35,619 nucleotides of DNA from Octopus bimaculoides (Eukaryota). The stretch covers positions 2,808,823-2,844,441 of the forward strand of contig NC_069001.1 of assembly GCF_001194135.2 (NCBI RefSeq), given 5' to 3'. A model generated the notes under the pieces. The model had not been told where the DNA came from and did not search any database. It saw only the letters and a list, made by a program, of their open reading frames with translations. This document shows positions 1-10,674 of this stretch, piece after piece. Both the position numbers and the translations under genes were made by a program. The first letter of the stretch is position 1, and every line of letters begins with the position of its first letter.

Positions 1-460
1 CAGCATCATCACCACCACCACCACCACCACCACCGTCAGCATCACCACCACTACAATCATCACTATCATCATTACTAATGCCACAACCACTACTACCACG
101 TCAACATATCACTAACATTACTAGCACTACATCACAAAACACTATTGCTACCACTACTGTTGCTTACGCTACCACAATGACCACCACTACCATCAGCCCA
201 GCACATGACCAACGCTATCATTACTGCCAAAACTATCATCATCACCCTACCACAATAACAATCAATGACAATACCATCATGCAGTCACTGGCTCTACCAT
301 TACACCACTACCATCACCATCATCACATGACCACTGTGACTACAACCACACCAACCACCACCATCTCCACAGCACCCCCACCGTCGCCATCTCTACCACC
401 ACCAACCACTCCCCCACCTCCCATCTCCACCACTACCAGGTTTACACCTGCCTGATCACC
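1..460. repeat. Degenerate (CAC/CAT/ACT)n trinucleotide low-complexity tract
   Basis: Runs of accaccacc and catcat. Similar tracts at about 890-1010, 13600-14050 and 22430-22560. Confidence 0.9.
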
Positions 461-1604
461 CTGCTTCCTTCCTCCCAGTGTCTCCCCCTCCACCCTCTCC
501 ATTTCCACTAAATGCCATCAGTAAAGGATTAATTAATGGGCTACATTAGTGTTAATCGTCGATGTATTGTATTACAGGTTGTTTAATAATCACATCAAGG
601 TGTATCACAGTAGCAGTGTAACATTGTTTATAGTGTGGTGTCACATGGCACTACACTTGTGTTACACTTTGTCTGGTGTAACACCAATGTCATTTGTGTT
701 ACATAACTGCTTAGCTTACAGTAACATGTAACATAATATCACATCAGTGTAATACTGCTTATAGTAAGGTGTAACACAGAACCAGTGTTACACTGATGCA
801 GCATTAGTATTATGTAACCTTGCTTATACTTAGGTGTAACACAGGACCAATGTCACATCAGTGTTACTTTACTGCCTACGGCAAGGTGCTACAGTTACTA
901 CTATTACAACTACTAGTATCACCACAGCCATGTCAGCTACTAGTACCACTACTCTTACTATCACTACTGTCACCATAACACACCACCACCACCACCACCA
1001 CCACTACTAGTGGCAGACGTGTAACTGTATGTAGGGATACATACAGTAGGCTATTTACCCCTCTTCTTTACTGGTCATTATCAGTGATAAACAAACATTA
1101 TCGGATGATTAGAGCTGATAATAGTTGTTAAGTTGATGTGTTTAACAGCTATTATAAATTATATATAAAAGAGGAAAAAACAATTAGCAGCTATTACTGG
1201 CTTTTATTATCAGTGGATAACGAGCTGTTAATAGTTATCAACTATAAACAATTATTATTTGCTATCTTCTATCACTGGTATTGGTTATTAACTGTAATTA
1301 AATTTTATTAGCTATAACTAACTGTTATTGGCTATAATTAGCAGTTATTGAGTGAACAAACTATTGTTGACTGTTATTAAGCTGTAAGTAATTATAATCA
1401 TTTAAAACTATAATTAAACACTTTAACTGCAAACATACATACATACAATTGAACACACACATACACATCCATACCTCCACATGACCCATGCTAGCATGGA
1501 AAAACGGACTTGTGAACAAAGGAATGATCATATACATACATAGATATAACTACATATATATATAAGTTTATATGCTCACTTAAGTGTGTGTGTAAATGTG
1601 CTTA

Positions 1605-1808
1605 TGTGCCATGTAAAAGCTCCTATGCCTGTGCCAGGTAAAAAGTACCCAATCCGCACTGTGAAGTGGTGGGCATTAGGAAGGGCATTCAACCGTAGAA
1701 ACCATGGTGAAATAGACAGCTGGAACCTGGGAAGTTCCCCAGATGGCCAGTTTGTCAAACTGTCCAACCCATGCCAGCCTGGAAAGCAGACGTTAAATGA
1801 TGATGATG
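1605..1808 (+). mobile_element. Retroposon family B copy (RTE-LINE 3' tail or RTE-tailed SINE) ending in (GAT)n
   Basis: Shares ttaggaagggcat...ccaacccatgccagcatggaaa.cagacgttaaatgatgatgat with many other copies in the window. Confidence 0.75.
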
Positions 1809-2077
1809 GTTACGAGGATATACGTTGTGTCTACTGTTAGATGTACGACTGCTCCTGTATGAGTTTGAGCTCCACATAGATTATCATTAACCAGTCAGCT
1901 TCCAGTATAATTGTTAGTCAGCCACTGTACTTAGCAGTGTTACTCGTGATGATATGCAGAGCATACAAAGCGGAAATTGAGATAAACACCAGTATATATA
2001 TTTAGTTACTATGCACATGTATAGATAAATTTATATATGTCTCATCATTTAACATCTACTTTCCAAGCTGATATATT

Positions 2078-2275
2078 CATCATCATCTTCATCATTGTTT
2101 AATGTCTATCTTCTGTGCCAGCATGGGTGGGACGGTACCACAAGAGCCAACCAGGCCAAAGCCTACACTAGACTTCTGTGACTGTTTTGGCGGAATTTTT
2201 ATAGCTGGATGCCCTTCCTAACTCTAACCACTCCACAGAGTGGACTTAGTCCTTTTTACATGGCACAAGCACAAG
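2078..2275 (-). mobile_element. Retroposon family B copy, reverse orientation
   Basis: (ATC)n head followed by ccagcatggg...ggatgcccttcctaac...accactc. Confidence 0.75.
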
Positions 2276-2311
2276 CGAGGTGAGTAGAGCTTTTTACATG
2301 TGTATATATCA

Positions 2312-2505
2312 TACAAGGAGATGCTGTAAAGTTCCTGGCTTTGGGTAAAAGAAAATACAGGAGGATCAGTTAATTGTGATTCTATTCAACATATTCCCCT
2401 CTCAGATTCTCACGCTTATTACAGTAGTCCTTCAGTTTTTCTAAGCCCTGTAAAAGAACTTAGAAGGTTGGGTCTCCAACCAACCTTTCATGATACCCAT
2501 AAAGC
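2312..2505 (+). mobile_element. Tc1/mariner-like element end (truncated); second copy at about 34829-35040
   Basis: Both copies start (t/c)ac(a/g)agg(a/g)gatgctg.aaagtt.ctggctttgg.taaaagaaaatacaggaggatca. The TA-CGAGGGG-type start resembles mariner TIRs. Superfamily assignment is inference. Confidence 0.55.
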
Positions 2506-2871
2506 CACCCCCTCATATTGTGTAGACACAAGCATGGTTGTGTAGTTGGGGCTTTGCTTCCCAACCATGTGATTTCTGTTTCAGTCCCAGTGTGTTGCAA
2601 GTGTCTTCTACTATGTTGTTAATTTGTTAGTTGGAGACTGAAGGAAGCCTGTCGCCAGTGTATGCATACCTGTGTGCTTACAGGTATGCATATCTTTGCT
2701 TGGCTACAGGCAGTGACGTAGTGCTGTTAACAGGTCATCCACTGGCTTTGAGCATTTGAGGTTTTGTGGAAAATGGTGCCCTTTACTTGAAAAACAGGGA
2801 TGGGTTAATAATAATAGGAGGGGTATCAGCTGACTCAAAAAGCAATAATGCTTCACAAATATAGTCATTTA

Positions 2872-3107
2872 TTCTTATTTCTTTATTGCCCACAAGGGGC
2901 TAAACATAGAAGGGACAAACAGGGACAAACAAAGAGATTAAGTCAATTACATTGACCCCAGTGCATAACTGGTACTCAAATTATGGACCCCGAAAGGATG
3001 AAAGGCAACGCCAACCTCGGTAGAATTTGAACTCAGAATGTAATGGCAGACGAAATACCGCCAAGCATTTTGCCTGGTGTGCTAACCACTGTGCCAGCTC
3101 GCCACCT
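2872..3107 (-). mobile_element. tRNA-headed SINE family A, reverse copy
   Basis: Reverse complement contains gagctggcac... (A-box-like) and gagttcaaattc (B-box-like), plus the ctttcatcctttcgggg core. Confidence 0.8.
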
Positions 3108-3134
3108 TTTTAAGTCATTTATTCTGTGCTGACG

Positions 3135-3251
3135 TGTGAGTGTGTGTGTGAGTGTGTGTGTGAGTGTGTGTGTGAGTGTGTGTGTGAGTGTGTGTGTGAG
3201 TGTGTGTGTGAGTGTGTGTGTGTGTGTGAGTGTGTGTGTGAGTGTGAGTGT

Positions 3252-3284
<33 letters not shown>

Positions 3285-3285
3285 T
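3135..3285. repeat. (GT)n/(GAGTGTGTGT)n microsatellite
   Basis: Seen directly. Many other (GT)n, (AT)n, (CT)n and (AAT)n tracts occur through the introns. Confidence 0.95.
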
Positions 3286-3499
3286 ACCGTTCATTGAATA
3301 GAATTCAGTGAATCACACACACTCATACACACCCAAGATCTGCAGTAAACCTGTAATAAAACATTTTCCCAATCATTAATGTCAATTTCAACTCCTCCTG
3401 TCTGTCTGTCTCTGTCTCTCTCTCTCTCTGTCTCTCTCTCTCTCTCTCTCTCCACATAGATTATCATTATCTATGTTTCTAACAATATAGGCACTTGCA

Positions 3500-3549
<50 letters not shown>

Positions 3550-3654
3550 ACTACATGGGAAACTTTCAGAGTAGGTTTACTCAAGCTAGAAATAACAGCC
3601 AAATTTTCCTCAGATCATACATCTTACAGTCTTAAGAAAACAAGAATGGGAGAT

Positions 3655-3840
3655 TACATCATCATCATCATCATCATTATTTAGCATCTGTTTTCCATGC
3701 TGGCATGAGTTAGATGGTTTGACTAGAACTGGTAAGCCAGAGATCTGTACCAGGCTCCAGTCTGATTTGGGGCTGATTTCTACAGCTGAATGCCCTTCCT
3801 AACTCCAACCACAGAGTGTACTGGGTGCTTTTTACATGGC
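3655..3840 (-). mobile_element. Retroposon family B copy; a partial opposite-strand copy follows at about 4020-4140
   Basis: catcatcat...ttttccatgctggcatgagttagatggtttgac...tgcccttcctaactccaaccac. Confidence 0.75.
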
Positions 3841-4209
3841 TTGATCTTTAAGAATGTGTTTGCACTACTGTGCGTGTGTGTGTTTACATCTATGCTCACT
3901 TGCGCAAATTATGACATATTCATCTGGTGCTGTTGTTGGCATTTCTGCTGTCAATGAATCATCATCTCACTTCGAGCCTTCACAACCCATGTAGAATAAG
4001 TGAACCCTTACTGGAAAAAACTTATGTAAGAGTTAGCATGAGAAAGGGTATCCAGCTGTAAAAACCAGTATCTTGGTCACATATTCATCTAACCCATGCT
4101 GACATGGAAAAATAGACGTAAAACTGAACTGATGAATGAAATTCTATTAACAGGGAACGAGGAATGCCTGGCTCCTTCTCTCCCTCCCACACATTACACA
4201 GACACCCAC

Positions 4210-4500
4210 TGTGTGTCTGTGTATGTGAGTGCATGTGTATGTATGCGTGTATGTCTGTGTATATCTGTATGTATGTATACATGTATGTGTGTGGATATGT
4301 GTGTATAGTCCTGTGTGTGTGTGTGTGTGAGAGAGAGAAAGAGAGAGAGTGATTGTGCGTGCGTGTGTGTGTGTGTGTGTGTGTATGTCTGTGTGTATGT
4401 CTGTGTATATCTGTATGTATGTATACATGTATGTGTGTGGATGTGTGTGTATAGTCCTGTGTGTGTGTGTGAGAGAGAGAAAGAGAGAGAGTGATTGTGC

Positions 4501-4542
<42 letters not shown>

Positions 4543-4650
4543 CTGTGTGTATGTCTGTGTATATCTGTATGTATGTGGATATGTGTGTATAGTCCTGTGT
4601 GTGAGAGAGAGAAAGAGAGAGAGACTGTGTGTGTGTGTGTGTGTGTGTGT
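4210..4650. repeat. Higher-order tandem repeat, about three units of roughly 130-150 bp built from GTAT/GT/GA microsatellites
   Basis: Unit marker tatagtcctgtgtgt...gagagagagaaagagagaga recurs near 4305, 4451 and 4589. Confidence 0.85.
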
Positions 4651-4799
4651 ATACTAACATAGTACATAAACAAGGTGGTCAATTTGTAATAGTTATTGTT
4701 GTTTCTTCAAATAATTTTCAAAAGAACTATCAGATTTTTCGCTCACATTTTGAATTGACAATTAAAAAAGCTCAAACAACACCAACAATAAAAATGTTG

Positions 4800-4832
<33 letters not shown>

Positions 4833-4966
4833 TACTGATTTTTATGTCGATCATTCTATTTCTAAACCTGCTGGGACTAGCTTTTTTTTATATTTTTCTT
4901 TTATTTTTGTATTCTTTTTCTTTCTATTATTCTCTTACGCACTCTCTTGTGGAACCATGAAGCATA

Positions 4967-4998
4967 GCTGAGAATGATCTTACCATTGCGTTCCCACG
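4967..4998. promoter_or_regulatory. Candidate CSL/Su(H) paired-site-like element
   Basis: GCTGAGAA (4967-4974), 16-bp spacer, TTCCCACG (4991-4998, = CGTGGGAA on the minus strand). Motif match only; function untested. Confidence 0.3.
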
Positions 4999-5281
4999 AT
5001 GTCTTATAGTTTCTGTTTTGTGCGATATTTTTCCAGAAAAAATTTATAGAAAAAAAGAAAGGAGAAGAGTGGGGTATTAAAACAAGTTGAAGAAATAATA
5101 TCTCATGCCTTTTATATATGTGTCTGTGCGTGAGTGTGTGTGTATATGAACATGTGCACATATGTATTTTTATATATACATAGATATGTGTATATATATG
5201 TATATATATATATATACACACTTTTCTTTGGCTTTGAAATATACTCTTATATTTCATTTTGTATGTAATACAGTTGAGTCA

Positions 5282-5320
<39 letters not shown>

Positions 5321-5524
5321 GTGTGTTTAGATTTTATAAAAATCACCCCACCCATCAACCCTGATGAAAAACAAATAAAAGTAAAACAAAGAAAATAAAA
5401 ACAACTAAAATTCCATTTTGAGATCATTACTCAAATAATGATAATAATAATAATAATAATAATGATAATGTGATAATACATAGTTGACACTTGTGAATAT
5501 ATTTTACAAATGATATTTGAATAT

Positions 5525-5721
5525 TTAACCCTTTAGCATTTAATCCGGCTATATCCGTGATCAGATCCAGCCTTTCAGACTTAACTGACAATGTCATTCT
5601 AAAAATATACAAAATACACCATTGAAATGTGGAAGCTATAAAATAATGCATGATTAATTGAAAACAATGTTGGTTAATAAGCGATACATTTGACAAAGAA
5701 ATCTGAATAATAAAGGGTTAA
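5525..5721. mobile_element. piggyBac-like MITE (TTAA-CCCTTT...AAAGGG-TTAA), 189-bp body
   Basis: TTAA 5525-5528, CCCTTT 5529-5534, AAAGGG 5712-5717, TTAA 5718-5721. Internal sequence recurs at about 16970-17180 and 33890-34070. Confidence 0.7.
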
Positions 5722-6000
5722 AAGGGTTTGAGTTTGGTAGAAATTATTAACTGGGGGGGAGTATCTGAGAGGGGGAGATGGCTTTATGCCCAGTGTTTAG
5801 AGGCTAAAGTATGATGGGGGAACAAGTGCAGATGTCTTGTTATAGAGGGGATACATGGCTATCCTGCAGATACATGGTTACCCCATGAGGCACATGGTTA
5901 TATATGTTGTACATATTGCAGTGTAAATCAGAAGAACTAAAATAAATTTTAATTTTACAAAGCTTTGCTGTGAGTGAGATAATAATATAAGCACATTCTA

Positions 6001-6127
6001 CATTATTTACATTTGACGGATATTTATCCTCATCTTGTTTGTTGCTAACATGTTTCGGCTAATATTACCCTCCATTCTTCATCAGGTGTCTTGGGGAAAT
6101 TTTGAACCTGAGTTCTCATTCCTAAGG
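6001..6127 (-). mobile_element. Penelope-like terminal-repeat remnant with hammerhead-ribozyme core motifs
   Basis: Minus strand reads gacac-CTGATGA-agaatggagggtaatattagc-CGAAAC-atgttagcaac. Confidence 0.6.
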
Positions 6128-6784
6128 TGAAACACTGGAGTCAATGTAATCAACTAATCCCCTCCCTCCAAATTTCAGGCCCTGTGCCTTTATTAAAGTG
6201 TGAATTTTCACATTTTATTTTTGTATTTTTTTTTTACAATTTTATATCATATATTATATTAATCCTTTCTATTATAAGCATAAAGCCTGCAATTTTGGGG
6301 GAGGGGGCATTTTCCCTGGTGTGTTAAGGATTCTGCCAGCTTACCACTTTGTATCATTATAATATTACATATAATAATACAAGTATTTTCTTGTTTTCCA
6401 CAATCTTCATGTTTACGAAGCAGCACTATTAAGCAGCAGTTGTATTTCACAATGACTGAATTTCTTTTTTAAATACTAGGTCCCTGCTGTTTGAATCTTA
6501 CAAGCAATATTTTAACCAATTAGTGTACAGCTTAGATGTCACGGTTTGCTGAGCACACTAACCCAGTTGACATTGACAGCATATTCATTGAAACACTTGA
6601 ATTGATTAGAGTCTTCTGGGAAGGATTTAGCTACATTCAGATGTTGAGAATCAACTGATACTAAAAATAGGATTCCTTTTTTTGAATATTTTTTGATAGG
6701 TTTAATATTATGCTTTAAGTTCCTACTGTGACTTTTTTGAGTAAAATTACATTTAAATTGAATCTATCTATTTATATAAATGTA

Positions 6785-6852
<68 letters not shown>

Positions 6853-7134
6853 NNNNNNNNNNNNNNNNNNNNNNNNNNNNNNNNNNNNNNNNNNNNNNNN
6901 NNNNNNNNNNNNNNNNNNNNNNNNNNNNNNNNNNNNNNNNNNNNNNNNNNNNNNNNNNNNNNNNNNNNNNNNNNNNNNNNNNNNNNNNNNNNNNNNNNNN
7001 NNNNNNNNNNNNNNNNNNNNNNNNNNNNNNNNNNNNNNNNNNNNNNNNNNNNNNNNNNNNNNNNNNNNNNNNNNNNNNNNNNNNNNNNNNNNNNNNNNNN
7101 NNNNNNNNNNNNNNNNNNNNNNNNNNNNNNNNNN
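6853..7134. other. Assembly gap (N run). Others at 10791-11443, 18511-18520, 21574-22195, 23377-23386, 25072-25802, 26807-27038
   Basis: N runs, most flanked by microsatellites. Confidence 1.
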
Positions 7135-7206
7135 ACACACACACACACACATGTATACATATGTATATACACACACACACACATATATATACACATATAT
7201 GTATAT

Positions 7207-7239
<33 letters not shown>

Positions 7240-7289
7240 CACACATATATATGTGTGTGTATATATATATTTGTGTGTATCTTTGTACC

Positions 7290-7490
7290 TGTCTTCTCCC
7301 CCCCACCCCAATCACTATTTGACAATCAGTGTTGGTGTGTTTGCATCCCCATAACTTAGCAGTTTAGCAAAAGAGACCAATAGAAAAAGTACTAGGCTTA
7401 AGAAGTACTGAGGCCAATTCATTTGACTACAAATTCAAGGCAGTGCCCCAGCATGGCCGCACTCTATATGACTGAAACAAAAGGAAAAGA
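7290..7490 (+). mobile_element. SINE family C 3' portion; inverted copy at about 7965-8140, further copy at about 18300-18505
   Basis: gacaa.c..tgttggtgtgttt.catccc.ataacttagc.gtt..gcaaaagaga...ccagcatggcc....atgactgaaacaa. Confidence 0.7.
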
Positions 7491-7563
7491 TAAGGATTAT
7501 GAATCTACTGTTTGGAACCCTAAATTAACATGGACTTTTGACTGGAAGTCAATTTAGATCACT

Positions 7564-7749
7564 TTAACCCTTTTGTTACCTTATCCCTGTCGGCATCTGC
7601 TTGCCTTTGATCCAATCAATTCTGAAATGAAGAATTTAGTGAAATAACATTGTCATTTTGCAACATTAAATTAACACAAACGTTTTGAGGGAGAGTTTTT
7701 TAATTTAGGTCACTTTAAAACAGGAAGTTTGTTGTATGAAAAGGGTTAA
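7564..7749. mobile_element. piggyBac-like MITE (TTAA-CCCTTTT...AAAAGGG-TTAA), 178-bp body
   Basis: TTAA 7564-7567, CCCTTTT 7568-7574, AAAAGGG 7739-7745, TTAA 7746-7749. Confidence 0.7.
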
Positions 7750-8146
7750 CTCAAGTACATACCATTCTATTAAATTTATGACCTGCATCTAATGTGGGAA
7801 CTAATTTTATTTTTTCTATTTCTTTATCCTTTCCTTCACTTCTTACTCACCTGCCATTTAAGTTCAATGAGGTGTGACATATAAACACAATGAAGTTATA
7901 TCACATAACTAGGGTACTTCATAGATCCATGACTGACCTATATCATGTGTCTATAATATGAGCTATGTTATAGACTTATTTCTTTTGCTTCGCTCACTCA
8001 TTGGACTGTGGCCATGCTGGAGCATTGCCTTGACTCTACTTATTCTACCAATCTCTTTTGCTGAACCACTACAAAGTGACAAGGACATAAACAAACCACC
8101 ACCGGTTGTCAAGTGGTGGGTGTGTGTGACAAACACAGTCACACAC

Positions 8147-8207
<61 letters not shown>

Positions 8208-8396
8208 GGGCAAGAGTTATGACACCCCCTGTGAGAATAGACTTAGCCAAATGACTATAAATAGTAGCGATCTGAGTGAGATAGCAAAAGTAGGCATTAA
8301 TTGCAGGAAGTCAAAGGGTATCATTTTGGTAGTTTGTCGGAATATAGTATGTTGGTTTGTGTATAGTTCGTGGACTTATTATGATAAAGCAGTGAA

Positions 8397-9097
8397 AGGC
8401 AACAAGCTGGCAGAACTGTTAGCACGCCGGGCGAAATGCTTAGCAGTATTTTGCCTGTCTTTATGTTCTGAGTTCAAATTCTGCCAAGGCTGACTTTGCC
8501 TTTCATCCTTTCAGGATTGATAAATTAAGTAGCAGTCAAGTACTGGGGTCGATTTGATCGACGTACCCATCTCCGCAGATTTCAGGCCTTGTGCCTGTAG
8601 TAGAAAGGATTATTATTATTATTTTGAAGGCAGTGAGCTGGCAGAACCGTTAGCTTGCTCAACAAAATGCTCAACAACATTTCATCTGGCAGCTTGACTT
8701 TGCCTTTCTTCCCTTCCAGGGTCAATGAAATAAGTACCAATCGATCATTGAGGGGCAGAGGTCATTATAATTGACTTACTCCATCCCCCGAAATTGCTGA
8801 CCTGGTGCCAAAATTTGAAACCATTATTATCATTATTATTATTAAGGCGGTGAGCTGCTAGAACCATTGGTTCGCAGGACAAGATGCTTGTCATTGTCAT
8901 CATTATCATCCAAGGACAAGATGCTTAGCAGCATTTCATCCATCTTTGTTGTGAGTTCAAATTCTGTCAGGTTGACTTTTCATTTCATCCTTTCAGGGTC
9001 AATGAAATAATTACCAGTTAAGCACTGAGGTTGATGTAATTAACTAGTGCCTCCCCACCCACCAAAATTTGAAGCCTTGTGCCTTGAGTAGAAAGGA
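8397..9097 (+). mobile_element. Three head-to-tail copies of tRNA-headed SINE family A separated by (ATT)n tails
   Basis: Heads aggc..gagctggcagaa at about 8397, 8628 and 8844; B-box-like gagttcaaattc; tails gccttgtgcc...agaaagg/aaatttgaaacc followed by attattatt. Confidence 0.85.
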
Positions 9098-9131
9098 TCT
9101 CTATAGTTGTTGCTATAGTTATTATTACATT

Positions 9132-9497
9132 TATTACCTTTGCCTTAGTGAAGGCAGAGGTATTGTTTTCAGTTGTTCATTTGTTTGTCCATGGACAAGA
9201 TATCACAAGAACCGCTGGATTGATTCAACTGAAATTTTCAGGGATATTTGGCCTCATGACTGGCATGAACTGATTAGATTTTGGGATCGATCCAGTACTG
9301 GACAAAGATTCTGGATTATTTCCCCCGTTTTTTTTTTACTTAATTTTTGAGAGCGGTCAGGTTCATTTTTAGTATTCTTTTGTGAGAGCAGGTGAGTTTA
9401 TTTCAGATATTCTCATTTTAAAAATCATCTCTGGCTAATCTTTGAGAGGACGTTGGTGTTGCCTTGGCAGAGACTTGCACTCTCTGAGCACTCTTGT
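9132..9497 (+). mobile_element. Helentron-associated (DINE-1/HINE-like) non-autonomous element
   Basis: 5' hairpin ACCTTTGCCTT-agtg-AAGGCAGAGGT (9136-9161). 3' subterminal ggcagagac followed by a short degenerate gcactc..gag stem. T-rich flanks, no clear TSD. Confidence 0.6.
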
Positions 9498-9554
9498 TAC
9501 ATTTATTGCTATAGTTGTTATTACATTTGTTATTATAGTTGTTATTACATTATT

Positions 9555-9779
9555 AAGGTAATGAACTGAGAGAATCATTAGCATGCTGGACAAAATACTT
9601 AGCAGCAACGTTTTTTTCTGACTCTTTATATGATAAGTTCAAATTCTGCAGAGGTTGACTTTGTCTTCCATCTTTTTTTGGGGGGGCCTATGAAATAAGT
9701 ACGAATCAAGTACTGGGGGTCAAGGAAATCAACTAGCCCCCTACCCCAAAATTTCAGGCCTTTTGCCTGAAGTAGAAAA
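9555..9779 (+). mobile_element. SINE family A copy ending about 60 bp before the exon A acceptor
   Basis: agttcaaattc...aggttgactttg...aaaatttcaggccttttgcctgaagtagaaa. Confidence 0.75.
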
Positions 9780-9840
9780 TATATCTGTCATTATAGTTTT
9801 TTGTTATTTCTTCTTATGGCTGTTGTTGCTGTTGTTGCAG

Positions 9841-9963
9841 GTTTCCGAGGCAGCAGATGTGAAATCAACAATGATGACTGTAAGAACAACAAGTGTGCCA
9901 ATGGCTCCACATGTGTCGATGGCACCAACAACTACACTTGCCACTGTCCACCAACATTTAAAG
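9841..9963 (+). CDS. Notch: Notch coding exon A (123 nt, phase 1-1): end of EGF6 and EGF7, (G)[40 protein letters not shown](G)
   Basis: Acceptor ttgttgcag at 9840 and donor G|GTAATA at 9964. Six-Cys EGF spacing. Collinear with recalled NOTCH1 [29 protein letters not shown]. Confidence 0.95.
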
Positions 9964-10018
9964 GTAATAAAAAGGCCTTTTTATTTATTTTTCTAGTCTG
10001 AGTCTTGTTTTGTCAGAT

Positions 10019-10626
10019 CTGTAATTATAACCTACATGTGTATGTTGTTAAGTTGCCCTTTCATGTAGGAAACTGTGATTATAATTTCAGACAGGAACCT
10101 GTGACTGTTACCCCCATATGCATGCATATTAAAAATTGGAAAACTATGACTGTAAGCTTCATGTTTGTATGTTTGTTGAGGAACCTTTTCATGTAGGAAG
10201 CTGTATCTAATCTCCATGTGTATGTCGTTGAGGAGCCTTCATGTGGGAAGCTGTGACTATAACCTGTGAGTGTGTGTTATCAAGAAGCCCTGTCATGTGG
10301 AAAGCTCTGACTAACTGCTATATATTTATGCTATTATCGAATCCTCATATAGGAAACCATGACTAAGCTTCATATTTGTGTGTATTGTTAAGGAGTCTTT
10401 TCATGCAGGGAAGTTGGGACTGTAACCTTCATGTATACATTGAGCCCTCACATATAGGAAACTGGGATTGTAATCTCCATGTATATGTTTTTAAATGGGC
10501 TTCTCAAAGGGAAGCTTTGACAATAATCTCCATGTGCATGTTGAGGAGTTCTCTCATGTGGGAAGCTGTGACTATATCTTCCACCCCTATGTGAATGTGT
10601 CTTGTTAAGGGAAACCATGACTAATC

Positions 10627-10674
<48 letters not shown>

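Noticed and set aside
78-508. Thr/His/Pro-rich ORFs (78..455, 323..508), and similar ones at 13187-14040 and 22244-22590
   Set aside because: Translations of degenerate CAC/ACT trinucleotide tracts with no domain signal or splice context.
4085-4682. Long overlapping HT/CV/YI-repeat ORFs (also at 5162, 7958-8493, 18715-19249, 20049-20354)
   Set aside because: Dinucleotide microsatellites lack stops in several frames; artefacts.
5770-5792. Motif gggg.ag.tggctttatgcc shared with about 32812-32831
   Set aside because: Too short to classify; probably fragments of another dispersed repeat.
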